A DNA stretch of 64,000 nucleotides from contig MU057202.1 of assembly GCA_013239625.1 (NCBI GenBank), forward strand, positions 3,609,101 through 3,673,100. Direction: 5' to 3'. The notes under the pieces are model-generated. The model was not told the origin of the DNA, searched no databases, and was given only the letters and a program-made list of their open reading frames with translations. The position numbers and the translations under genes were made by a program. This document shows, piece after piece, positions 45,028 through 57,200 of this stretch (the first letter of the stretch is position 1; each line of letters opens with the position of its first letter). This DNA is from Lama guanicoe (lineage: Eukaryota).

Positions 45028-46939
45028 CGTGCCCTGCCCTCCCTGGCAGCTGCCGTCCAGCGTCTGGGCAGCAGGGGCTTAGCACTGGCCCCTGGCGCTC
45101 GTTCCCCCAGCACAAGAGCTCCCCCTGCAAAGCCTCCCTCTGTCCTGGGGTCTCCAAACTTCGGAGCTGGGATCTCTGCGTCGGCGGGGCTGGGGTGCCA
45201 GCTGAGGCCTGGCCCACCACATCCGTGGACCTCCCCAGGGGCTCCTCTGGCAGCAGGGCTTCCTGTCCCGGCTCAGACCCCATCCCATTCTGGGCCCAGG
45301 GCTCCATGGCGCCTGCCCTCCTCCGCCCTGGCCCCGTCCCCCACCCGAGGCTGGCGCTGCCATGCGTCACGTCCCTGCACTTGACAGCAGCTGGCTCAGC
45401 GTAATTAAGCCCCACAGCGCCGGGTTCCACCTGGCGAGGAATTAACAGCAGTAACAAAACAGCAGACACTCGAGGGGGTGTGACGAGGCGGGTGGCGGGG
45501 TCCCCCAGGTTGCCCTCGGGTCCTGGCTGGCAGCGACCAGCCCCCGTGGAACATGACCGTCCTCGCCGTCCTCCCCAAGGGGATGGTGGGCTTCGGGCAG
45601 CCCTGCTCCACTGGCGAGGAGGCCAGGGCGTCCAGGGCCCCATGTGCTGGCCAGGGCACAGGCATGTCTCTGCTCACCAGGGTCCAGGCAGGATGGCCTG
45701 TGAGGACTGAGGCCTGCAGTGCGCTTCACAGGGAGGTAGGAAGGGGCGCTGGACTTGCTGTGGGGGGATGTGGGCAAAGGCGGTGCTGGCAGAAGGGGCC
45801 TGGAGCCGGGGCAGGGGAGCTGCAGAACAGCTGTGTCCCTGACGGTCCCCAGGATCCTGCTGCTGCTGGGCTCAGCAGAGGGCCTCCCGGGGGTCCCGAG
45901 TGTCAACCTTGGGGGCTCCTCCCGGAAGCAGGCGCTGAGTTGAGGGGAGAGAGGTGGCCGCGGGGTGGACAAGCCCGGAAGGCACTTCCCAGGGGCTCTG
46001 TGTTGGCAGGACTGATGAGCGGGTCACAAGGTCCACCCTACACACAGGTGGGCTCCTTTAGAAACAGTGTTTGTCACTTGTGCCCCACCTGCTTGGGAAG
46101 CCGGAGAAAGCAGGACACTGCGGAGGAAGAGGTGGCAGGTCGGCCTTCACGCTGGGATCCGCCGGGCCTCCTGGCACCTGAGGGAAAAGGCGGCAAGGAT
46201 TTGTTGGCTACAGATTCCTCTTTGTATTTGAGATTTTCCAGGAAGTTGTAGGAGACGAAGGAGCTTTAAGAGAAGCCGCTAAGGCCTGGAACGGGTCCTG
46301 CTGTCTGACCTCAAGAAGCTCAACCCCCTGCTCCCAGCGGGGGTTGCTGGGTCCCATCGAGGCCCCAGGGAGCGTGGGCCCGGTCCCGGCTCCCGCTCAG
46401 GCTGGTCTGTGCCTGTCCTGGTGTGGCCACCGTAGCGCCCCGTGCCCTCCCCGCATGCCCCGGCTTGCAGGCGAGCTGCAGGGCCGCCGTGCGTGCGCGT
46501 GGGTGTTTCTAGTTCTGCCTTGTTGCTGGTGCTGCCGGTGAAGCGGAGCCCCTGAACTCCAGGGGCAGGAGGTGGAGACTCCAAATGCAGAGAGCAAGAG
46601 GGTGTGTGTGCAGGGTGTGGCTGGCGGAGGGGGAGCCTCCCTGCTGTGGGCACCGCATGGGGGTTGGGGGGAGCCTGCCTCCTGCCGTGTGACTTTGGCA
46701 GGAACTGGAGTCTCCCTGAGCCTCTCATCCTCTCACCTGTGGACCCGGGTTGCCTGAGGGTGAGAGGCGGTGGGACAGCCCCCCTGGTGGGGTGGACAGC
46801 ATTAGACTCGCACCACCCTTCCCGCACGCCTTGCTCAGCGAGACCCGGTGACCCCCTTCCTGGCACCAAACAGCCTCCAATGTTGTCGCTCGGGGAGGGT
46901 TTTAATTAAGAATTCATTTTTTAAAATCAAATACACTTC

Positions 46940-49400
46940 TCTTCAGAGTTTCTGTTTCCTCTTGTGTCAGTTTTGGTAATTTGTGTCTTTCAAGCAGTGG
47001 CCCATTTTCTTTATGCGTCAGGTCTGTTGGCACGAGGTCGTCTGTAACGTCCCCGTGTCTGCTCTCACCGTCGCTCGGCTCTGTGGCCACGCCGCCTCTC
47101 AGTCCTGGTGCTAGGGTTGCTTCCCTTCTCTCTCCCTCTCTTGTCCCTTGAGGGCTTTTGCTAGGGGTTTGTCAGTTTTACTGATCTTTGTTTGCTTGGC
47201 TTTTTTGGTGGGGGTGAGCAGGTTTATTTATGTATTTGACGGAGCCCTGGGGACTGAACCCAGGACCGTGTGCATGCTGAGCACGGGCTCTGCCACGAGC
47301 TGTGCCCTCCCCCCAATTTTATTCATCTTTGTAAAGAACTTCTTTTGTGTTTAAAATTTTTATCTGGTGCTTGTTCAGTCTCTGCTCCATTGGTTCCTGC
47401 TCTTTATTAATCCTTCCTTCTACTTGGAGCTGAGTTTGCTGTTCCTTTTCTGGGTTTTCAAAGTGGAAGCTTAGATCACTTACTAAAATATTCGTGTTTT
47501 CTAACCCAAGCATTTTGAGCTGTAATTTTCACTTTAAACTCTGCTTTCGCTGTAGCCCACACGTTTTGATGCCGTGTTTTCTTGTTACTTAGTTCAAAAT
47601 ACTTTCCAGTTCCCTTTGTGATTTGTTTTGCTCATGGGTTACGTAGAAGTTTTTTGTTTAATTTCTGAAAATTTGGAGTACTTTTACAAATATCTTAAAG
47701 TAATTGATTTCCAGTTGCGCTATGGTTAGAGAGAACGTTTTGTGTGAATACACTTTAATTTTTCGTTTTTATTGGGACATGTTTTATGGTGAATAATCCA
47801 TGTGCATTGGAAAAAAAAGTGTGTCTTCTGTCCGGTTGTGTGGAGAGCCCCGTGGACTTCGCGTGGGTCGTCTGGAGACAGCCTCTCATCTCTTGCTGGT
47901 TTCGGTCACTGAGAGAGGGGTGTCAGAGTCTCCAGCTGTGTGTGTGGGTTTCTCTCCCCTTAGTCTGTTAGTTTTTGCTTCACGGATCTCGTGTCTTCTA
48001 AGTGCACACTCACTTCTGATGATGTGTTGGAAATACCTGTTCTTTGTTTTCACTTCTGAGGGATTTTTTTCGCAGGATGCAGACTTCCGGCTCACAGCTT
48101 GTGCTAACGCTTTGAAGGCAGCTCTGTGCCGCGATCTGGGGCACCTCGCTCCGGTGAGGCGGCGGCCTCTCTCGGCCGTGCTCCCTGGGACGTGTCTGCC
48201 CCTCCGGCTGCTGGCTGAGGTGGTGCCCTCGGCTGTGGCTCCAGGATGCTCCTGCGCAGGGTGGTGGTGGTTGTAGTTTATGCGTCTTGGTTTTATTGGT
48301 TTGTGGGTTGGTATTTTTCATCAGATTTAGGAGATTTTCAGTGATTATTTCTTCAAGTATTTTTTCCACTCCCCTTCTCTTCTCTCGTGGGACTTAGCTG
48401 ATTTATGGATTGCACTGCCCTCGCCTCCCAGGCCACTGGGGGGGAGGTCTTTGTTCAGTTTTTTTAAGGTTTTTTTTTTTCTCTCTGTACTTAAATTTGG
48501 GTCATCTTTATGGGTCTGTCTTCAAGCTTACAAATCATTTCTTCTTTGGTCTGGTTGGCTGTTGGAGTCATCCAGGGAATTTTTCACTTCAGATTCTGTG
48601 TTTTTCGGTTCTGCGTTTTCTGTTATATACCCCACCCCGCCTCCTGTCCTGAGGTGACACTCATGTCTTTCTTTCGTTTTATCTCTTGCTTTGTAACTCA
48701 AGCATCCACGTGATTGCTGGGTCTGCTCTGTGGGCTGTTTTGCCCTTTTTTCCTCGCTATGTTTTCCTGCTTCTTTGCGTGTCTGGTAGTTTTCCGCTGC
48801 GTGCCGGGCCTTGTGAGCCCCACATTGTTGAGGGTCTGGCTCACACCATGTCCCTGGAAGAGTGCTCAGTTTCTTCCCGCAGAGTTAGCTTGCCAGCAGC
48901 CCGGCTTGCTCTGCCAGGGTTGGCTTGGGGCTCTGCCAGAGCAGGGTCCAAGCAGGCCTGGCCCTCAGGCTGGACTTGCCCTCCTCCTGAGATGTGTGGT
49001 TCTTGGCTGCTGGGTGCGGGCCCTCCACGCAGCTGTTGGGACTGCCCGGCCCCTCCTCTCTCTGCAGTCACCTCGTAGCCCTGGTGGCTCTCATGGGGCC
49101 CTGCCCTGCACGCGTGGCTTACTCTTAAGGGACTCAGGGAACCGGGCCGGTCTCTGGGTCTTCTCTGCACCGCTCCCCCCATCCCAATGCTCTGAAGTTG
49201 CAGGCCCCTCGGCAGCCCCAGCTTCGACCTGCTCTCATCCCTGGTCAAGCCGCTGAGCACGCTGGGCTCTGCTGCCCTGTGCTGACTTGGGACGTGCTTT
49301 CAGGCAGGCAGCTGGGCTGGACGTGGGGCTGTCTGCTGCGCAACATCTCAAGACAGTTTCTGCGTACTTTGTCCTGTTCGGTGACAGTTTAGAGCAGGGG
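46940..49400 (-). mobile_element. Decayed, internally deleted LINE-1 (ORF2 N-terminal and ORF1 pieces); right boundary approximate
   Basis: T-rich plus strand; minus-strand translations EKILEEIITENLLNLMKNTNPQ (ORF1p-like, about 48300-48369) and SDLSFHFENPEKEQQTQLQV (ORF2p post-endonuclease-like, about 47420-47480). Confidence 0.85.
47192..47313 (-). mobile_element. Second, more diverged Vic-1-type SINE nested in the L1
   Basis: ctggggactgaacccaggaccgtgtgcatgctgagcacgggctctgccac.gagctgtgccctcccc; TSD cagttttactgatctttgt (47173-47191) / caattttattcatctttgt (47314-47332), 16/19 identical. Confidence 0.85.
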
Positions 49401-49539
49401 GCTCAGCCCACACCCGCTGACCGCAGAGGGAAGCAGAAACCCACTCCCTGCTTCGGCAGCCTCCTGCCTTCCATTCATGGTGCCCTCCTGGCGACACCCC
49501 GGTCCCACCCCAGCCATCCTCCTTCCCCAGGACCCTGTT

Positions 49540-49760
49540 CAGATGCCGCACTGTCAGCAACACCCTCCCTGAGCCCTCGGCGCAGAGGCGTCCCCGCACT
49601 GAGCCCGCCACGTTCCCACGGGCCTCGTAGTTGGCTGTTTGCACACCTCCCTCTGGACAGTGAGCAGCTCGAAGGCCAGGGTCTCTGTCCTGCGCTCTGT
49701 AAAACCCTTTGTGGAGTCTGCACATCATGGCGTCAGCACACGTGGGTTTTTGAACTGTTG
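49540..49760 (+). mobile_element. L2 3' fragment (degraded)
   Basis: ctccctctggacagtgagcagctcgaaggccagggtctctgtc resembles L2 CTCCCCCACTAGACTGTGAGCTCCTTGAGGGCAGGGAC. Confidence 0.5.
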
Positions 49761-51359
49761 CTGAAGCAGAGGGTTCTCTTCCTGCTCCGCTGTGGACCCC
49801 CAGCTGGGCTGGAGCGGAAGTGGACGTGGAAGTGGACAAGCCTGGGGACGAGAACCCTCGACTGTAAGAGAACCCCTTCATTTTTTACATGAGGAAATGG
49901 CCCAGGGAACTCTGTGACGTAGTTCACTTATGGCACTCATTTATTCATCTTTTGACAAAAACCATCAAATGTCAGCTCTGTGAAGCCCTGGGGCTGGAGA
50001 GGAGATGCCGTGTCCTTGGAAAGCTCTGAGACTGGGGCGGGGGGGGGGTGGAAGACATCAGTGGTGTCCAGCGGGGGCCCTGCGAGGTACAAGCGTGAAT
50101 TGCGTGGGCAGAAGAAATTCAAGAAGAAGGGAGGCAGAGCTCAGCTGTGAAGCCCTCGAGGGAGAGAGGACAGAGCAGGTGGAGGGGCCCTAGAGCGTGG
50201 TGTCCAGGTGCCCTTGGGGGCTGGCCGAGGATTTGGGGTGAAGGCCTTGGGTGCCAGAAGGAGGAGGGCGGACGTGGTCTGGAGGGCTGTGAGGGGCTCT
50301 GGAGAGCTTTCAGCAGCGTGGTCAGAGCTGGGTGCCACTGCGGCCTCTGTGGGCTGGAAGAGAGAGGATGTAGGAGGCTCTGGGGGCGCCTAGCAGTGAG
50401 GGTGGAGGGCCAAGGGGGCAGCGGGGAAGGGGTGGGCTCGGGGACCTGGAGAGGCAGGGAGGTAGGTCCACTCACCCAGTGCCACCTCGCTGGCCCCACG
50501 CTGAGACGCAGGCCAGAGGGCACAGAGGAAAATAGGACTTCCCAACTTCTCCTCCAGTGTGTGCCCGCGTGTGCACACTCACACGTGCGCCTGCACCGTG
50601 TGCACATGCTCACTCTGAGTTCAGGTGGAGGAGAGTTGTCGGGGGTGGCCTGGTCCCCAAGTCTCAGCAGTGCAGGGGGAGTGGCAGGGGGAGGTGGGCA
50701 CCCCCCGTCAGGTGTGGCCCCACACACATTTCGGGGCAGCTCTCCTGCATGGAGCCTGCAGGATGCCCCATGGTGAAGGTGCCAGGGCACCTAAGACTGG
50801 GCCGGCCCCGCAGGAAGGCTGGTGAGAATGTGGGTCTCACACCTACGCCCTGCCCTGTGCTTGCGGGAAGCAGAAAACAGCTGTTTGGATGGTGTCTCTC
50901 TGTCTTTGGGGACAGGAGCCGAGCGGCTTGTCCATAAGGGAGGGGCGGGAAGAGCCAACACGCCCCCTCGACACATCCCTGGTCCCAGGGTGGCCGCCCT
51001 CTTGGGGTGCTGAGGGTGCCTCCTCCATGTTCTCCTCCAGGTCCTGCCCCTCCCTCCCCCCAAGTTCTTTCCCTCGCTCCCCCACCTTCTGGTCTCTCCT
51101 CTCTCCCTCCCTTCAGATCCCTCCTCCTCCTGCAGCAACAAAGAAGTCAACCGTCAGCCACCCCCCATCCCACCCAGGCGCTCCCTCCAGGAGCCTGGAT
51201 GCACAGACCTGTTCATTAACTTGCCCGTCTCCCACCCCTCCTTCCTCATTCCCTGTCTTTTTCTGTCCTCCTCCCCATTCCTTCTCTCATTCCATCTCTC
51301 TCTCTGCCTCCCCTCATCCCCCACCGCCTCCCCCATGAAAGGCGAGAGCAGTGGAACCC

Positions 51360-51540
51360 AATATCTTCTCTTGGTGATAATTATTGAAAAGTTCAGGGCA
51401 GAGACACTGTGAGGAGGAGGAAGGGGAGAACATTAAAATGCATGTGCACAGCTTGGCTTTGCAGCAGATGTTGGCATAATTAGAGAGGAAAAAATTATGA
51501 AATTAATTTGTGGTTCAATGTAAATTTCAGCGATGGGGAA
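51360..51540. promoter_or_regulatory. AT-rich non-repeat island; candidate conserved enhancer
   Basis: TAATTA 51378; GCATAATTAG 51474-51483; AAATTAATTT palindrome 51500-51509; ATGTAAAT 51518. Confidence 0.5.
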
Positions 51541-51574
51541 AGCTGGGCCCCAGTCACCTCATGTGCATGGAGAG

Positions 51575-51587
51575 ACGCACGCATGCG

Positions 51588-51626
<39 letters not shown>

Positions 51627-51643
51627 GCATGCACGCGCGTGCA
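51575..51643. repeat. 69-nt perfectly alternating purine/pyrimidine tract, (CG)n+(CA)n
   Basis: acgcacgcatgcgcgcgcgcgc(ac)n...gcacgcatgcacgcgcgtgca. Confidence 0.9.
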
Positions 51644-54119
51644 GCGCAGCCCAGCTGCCAGGGAAGCGGTAATTGTCAGAACCCATCCAGGGGGAGAGAC
51701 TGGCATGGCAACTAGGGAGGGGGCCGGAGGTGGGATTCATCCTCTTAAAGGCACAGGAGCTCATCCCTCGATGGGCAGGAGGACGCCCCTCCCCCACGGA
51801 TGAAGCAGGAACTTGGGGGGGGCGATCTGATCTGCTGGTCAGGGTCTGAGCTCACACTCCCCAGCATCACAACAGCCCAAGGAGGACACTGTGGCCCTCA
51901 GCTCAGGATGGATACCCCTCACCCTGTGGGTGCCCCTGCTGCCCGCTGTGCAGCTGGTCTTCCAACTGTGGGGTGAGGGCGGCACAGTCAGCAGAGCAGA
52001 AGAGAGACGGACCCTGCTGGGGACAGGGCAGGCTCTAGGGAAGGCAGCAGTTCGGCTGGTCCTGAGGGTCCAGTCAGGCAGGGCCAGGGGCCTGGCGAGC
52101 AAAGGCAGGGACGCCAGCTGAGGCCTTCTTGGGTGGCACTGGGGAGCCACGGAGAGTTTCTGAGCAGGGGAGGGCCGTGAGCAGGCGTGCAGCCTCTCCA
52201 GCTTAGCCGCCCAGTGCTTCTCTCCTTTACTCTCTGCCCTGCCACCTCCCTGGTTCCCTCCTACTTGTTAGCTCATCTCTGGGACCTCCGGCACTGGGCA
52301 GCTGCCTCCTTGCACGGAGACAGGTGTCCAGGCGGCAGGTGGAGGGGGCAGAGACCCATCCCCCACTGGATGGCAGCCAGCACGGGCAGACTGGCCCCCC
52401 TGCCGCCAGGCCAGGCCTCTTTCCCACACCTGTGCCACGCGGGACTGGCTGAGGGGACCTCTGGGCTGCAGTCTCCCCGTCTGCCCAGGGAGAGCTGGGC
52501 AGGGGCTTTCCGTCTGCGCCCTGGGTGCCCCAGGCTACATTACAAGAGGACGGGGCCCTGGACCCATCTGCCCTCCCGCTGGCTGACCCCAGGGCCTCCC
52601 TTACAGCTTGCAAATAATGACAAATTATTTGTAAATGCAAAACCTGCTGCCCTCAGTGCATCCCCCGTGCTGACGAAGCACCACAGCCCAACTTGGGGGC
52701 TCCAACCAAAGCCTCAGGCCCCCAGGTCCTCTGCCCCACCTCCTGTGGGCACTGAGCTGGGTCATTTCTAGCATACCCCTTCCAGGTGCTCTGGGAGGTT
52801 TCTGGGTCATCTGTGCCCTTTGCCCCTCATGAGCCATTCCTGCTAGCAGCGCACTTCAACCGGGTGCCTCTGCCGCCCGTGCAGTGGCCTGGGCCCTTCT
52901 GGCCCCTGTGTTCTCCAGGCAAGCCCTCCTCCAGGAAGCCCTCCATGACCACCTTCTGTAGGTGTTGTCAGCAATGTGTGCCCCTCCCTCAGAGCCACAA
53001 GCCGCTTCAAGTGCCACAAGGTGCGCTGCAGGCCCAGCGTGCCTGCCCACCGGCTCCTGGGCGCGCTCCGTCCTCCTGGGACCTGTGTCCACACGTCTTG
53101 TTTCACTACCGACATCACTGACTCTCCTTTGGCCCTTCCAGGACCTGAGGAGAAGGTGGGCCTTCTCAGGACTCAGGCACTGGTGCTGGTGGGGTACTGG
53201 TCCACAGCATTTGAGCTGCAGTTCTGCGGGGCGTCCAGCAGTGGCTCTGGCCCAGTCCCATGGGTGGCCACTGGTCACAGAGCTGCCCGGTGGCAGCTTT
53301 GTCATGGCACAGGGCAGGGGTCAACATGGCCCCAGGAAGCCCCCAGCCCCAGGTGGTGCAGAGGAGACAGCTGGGTAGTTGGGCGGCCCCATGGTTTGTC
53401 CCGGGCCACCAGTACCAGAGCCAACGTTCTCTCCCACATCCGTGTGGACCCAGCACCCCCGTGTCTGTTGCCTCCGCCTCTCCTGAGACCCGCTGGTGAC
53501 TGGTCCTGCCTGGGCTCCGGGCTCAGATCCCTGGAGCCAGGCTGGGCTCTGGCCCTCTCCAAGGTGCTGAACGACCCAGACGCGCTCTCATGCCTGGACA
53601 GCAGGTCAGTGCAAGGTGGATGCCACTTCCATCTTCTCGCAGGTTGAGGACAGAAAGGCAAGCAGACCACCCCGTGCCCCACCCCAGGACAGAGCTGTGT
53701 GCCCTGGGCGGCCCGTGTCATCTCTTTGAGCCTCAGTCTCTGCTGCCTCTGCTCCCCACTCAGATGCCGGGCGGAGGAGAGCTGGGCCCAGGTGGAGGGT
53801 GACCCCGGGTCTCCCTACAGTCCTGGGCAGGGGAGCAGCTCTCATGCTCTGATTCTGTTTCTTTGTTCCAGCCTCTAAGCTTACTTCCTTGTTCATAAGG
53901 TAAACAAGTAGCAGCCAGAGGGAGGCTGAGGCTTGGTGGGAAACGCCTGCGTCCACATCAGGTGGGGTCCTGTAACCTGTGTGTAAACGGCCCGCCATGC
54001 AGGGAGGGGCCTGGGCTGTGGCAGCCGCGGGCTGTACTCCCATCCAGCGCGTCTGTGTAGCGTGTGGACACGCATGTTCTGGGGTTATTCCCAGCGCGCC
54101 CCTCCCCCGCTCCACCCCC

Positions 54120-54285
54120 AGCTCATTTAGGCTCCCCCATTATTCTGACATTTGTGCGCGTCACGTACCGGCAAGAAGTAATTTACTTAGAAGAAATTAA
54201 AAGTTCATTTTAATTGAGCGCACACTGCAGTATGCAAATGAACACATTATGCACCCAAAGCAGAAGCAGAATCAGCGCTTAACCC
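54120..54285. promoter_or_regulatory. AT-rich non-repeat island with octamer; candidate conserved enhancer
   Basis: ATGCAAAT 54232-54239; TTAATTG about 54210; palindrome aagtaa-t-ttactt 54176-54188. Confidence 0.5.
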
Positions 54286-57200
54286 TCGGCGTGCCGGGCT
54301 CCTCTGCTCAGGGCGGGGTGGTCCTGGCCTTTCCGAGGTCTCCCTGTCCTCAGAGAGGGGCCGTCCACGCTGCGGGGGGTGCCTCCCTCCTGAGCCTTCT
54401 GTGAACTTTCTCCAGATGTAACAGCCACGTGAGCACCGGCCCCTGGGGAGGGACCCAGGCTCTGAGCCCAGCTGGGCACAGCCAGGCCCCGGGCTGTCTG
54501 TGGGACCCGCCTCGCCCAGGCTCCCAGAGGCCTGAAATCGGGCTGAGCGCAGCGGCAGGCTGTCCCTGAGTCCTGACACCCCTATCACACTGCAGGAGGG
54601 CCCCAGGGTGGTGGAAGATGTCCAACTGCCCAGATCTCTGACCGAAGCTGGTGTCCACTTCACTGCAGCCCAGGGCATGGCCAGATTAGGCGAGAACAGA
54701 ACCCCAGGGGGACCTGCAGGGCCAGTCCCACTTCACAGGCCCTTCCACGTGCCCAGGCCGGGCGCATCCAGCTTCCAGGGGTATACTGCCAATTACGGTT
54801 GTGGCCCAAGAGGTCCAGAAGGGAGGCTTGTGCGAGTGACGGAGAAATCTCGAAGAACAGGGCTGGTGTCCTTCCTCGTGGCCTGCCTGAGTGCCCACAG
54901 GGCCGTGTCACCTGGTTGAGCACCAGGGCCTCCTCTGGAAGGAGAGACATGTTGGCTTCTTCCAGGGCCCTGGGGACCCCCATGGGCGCATCTTCCCCTC
55001 CCAGAAGGGCAGGGAGGCCTCGGGTCTCAAGGATGGCAGCCTGGTTTCCGGCCAGAGGCCTCTTCCAGGATGCCCAGTGGAGGTGGGAGGCGATGTCAGT
55101 CCCGACGTGTGGCCATAGCATGTGGCACCTCTTGTGTCTGCTTTCCCTTTCTGTCCACAGAGCAGTGCTGGGCCACCTGCCATAGTGTCCGCCGTCCCAC
55201 ACACTGTGCAGCTGCAGCCCAGGGCCAGTCTCCCTGCCTGGGTTCTCGAGCCTTCTTCTTCCATCCCTTCCCTCTGCCTCTGTCTCTGGGCGTTCTGCTT
55301 TGCTGATGGCAGGTCAACACCTGTCCAGCCCAGCAGCTGCCCCCAGAGCAGTGGGAACAGTGCGGACTCCCCACCCCGGCCCCTCTGACAGGGAGTGGGG
55401 CTCCCACTGGAGGCGTGGGTGGCCCCTGGGCTGTTGTTTTGATGTGGGATTTTCCCTACCTGTCAGACCTGGGACTTTTAGTGACAGAGCAGACGAAGCT
55501 GGCTGGCAGATGTGAGCTGACAGCAGCTGCAGGAGGCAGACAAAGGGCCATCCTGATTCACGAGATAAGCCTGTCCCCTCCGCGCATCCAGCCACTGCCC
55601 CTCCACATGCTCAGGGCTCTGTGCTCCACAGCGACAGCACGTCACCTCCAACATGGCTCTGCCCTCGAGGCCACTGCTGCTCCATCTCATGGGCTCCCTG
55701 AGGGAAGGGGTGCAGGAGGGTCTCTCGGACCCTGGTGGGGCAGTGACCCCGGAAGGACCTCAGCAGTCGGGCAGTGGGACCCTGTCAGCCCAAGGGTTCC
55801 CTGTGAGGCCCGCCAGGACCACCCTGAGGGGCCCCGGGGCCACTCCCTGGGGTCCTAAGACAGCCGAGCCCTCCGCCCTCAGCCCTGGGCTTCTCATCAT
55901 CACCGCTTGCTGGTGACCTTGGGTCTGGGTGAGTCGGGTTCAGCCCCAGGCCTTTGTCCCTCCCCTCTGCCTCTGGGTGCAGCAGTGACTGCAGTCCCGT
56001 GGAATTCCCTGGAGCGACTGCCTTCCAGCCCCAGGGTGGAAGGGTGGCAGACCCCTCTGTAGCAGCCAGGCTCCTGGCTGTGCCCCCCGAGTTCTCCAGG
56101 GCCCCAGAATCTCCCAGTGGGTGACCCAGAGGGTCTGAGCACGCAGGCGGGCCCAGCCGCTCTGCACTGGGCTCGGGCAGGTTCCCGAGCCCCGCTGTAC
56201 CTGTTTCTCCCACCCCCAGGCACACGTCTGGGCAGCTTGGCTGAGAGGAGAAAGGGCCTCACGGTGACTGTGCCCCTTTCTCCATGGGACCACCCCCAGC
56301 AGAGGGTCCATGTCGAGGGGCCAGCCTGGGAGCCTGGCCAGATTGGGGGATGGAGGGCTGGTCCAGGCCCAGACCCCTGCGCTGCTCTGGGGTGCGTGTC
56401 CCTGCAGTGTTGCTGTCCCCTCCTCCTACTGTGGCCTGCAGCTCTGGTTCGGGACGGCTTCACGTCCTTGGCCCTGCTGCTCCTTCCTGCCCGCAGCTCC
56501 CCAGCCTGCTGGTGCACGAGTGGGCTTTTGCAGAGGGCTGACTCCCACGCCCCCATGTCCCCTTCCTGAGCTGGGCCACATGCTGTGTCCTTGGGCCCCC
56601 GAGCTGGGAGGTGGCGTCCCTGTGTCCCTTGTTGTGGCTGTTGCTCTCTGCAGGTCTCAGCACCGCCAGCTTCAGGTGTAACACGTGTCCTCACGTTACT
56701 GGGCGTGTGCCGTGCGCCCCAAGGCCCAAGTTCTTGATCACAGTGCGCCGCTGAGTGGGGACGGAGCAGCGTGTGGCTGGGGAGGCTCCCAGGGCAGAGG
56801 CCGGGCAGCCCTTGCCTCTGGGGATGGGGGCCAGCCTCCCTGGCAGCAGCCCTGGAAGCGCCCCACTCACCTGCTGCTGCAGGTCTGGCAGCTGCGAGGG
56901 AGCTTGGTGGGAGCAGGACGGACATTCGTGGGTCTGCGGCCCAGGTCCTCTCTGTGTTGGCAGCCACACAGCTACCGGTGACCCGCGTAGGGGCGGGGAT
57001 TCACCCTGAGAGGGGCATCTTAGAGGCCGCGGACTGCAGGTGGCAAATAGCTGGCGGCCAGCGGCCTCCTGGAACTCCCGCGGGTTGTGGGAGAGGCATT
57101 GCAGTTGTTTAGTGATGTCTGCCCCAGCTCAGACGGGGCCAGGCCCCTGGTGATGCCAGCGGAGAAACTGAGTCTCGCAGGAGGGGTGTGGCCGGCCTGG

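Noticed and set aside
55900-56967. 355-aa minus-strand ORF (and the other 200-300-aa ORFs)
   Set aside because: No recognisable homology or domain, overlapping ORFs in many frames, composition mirrors GC-rich codons
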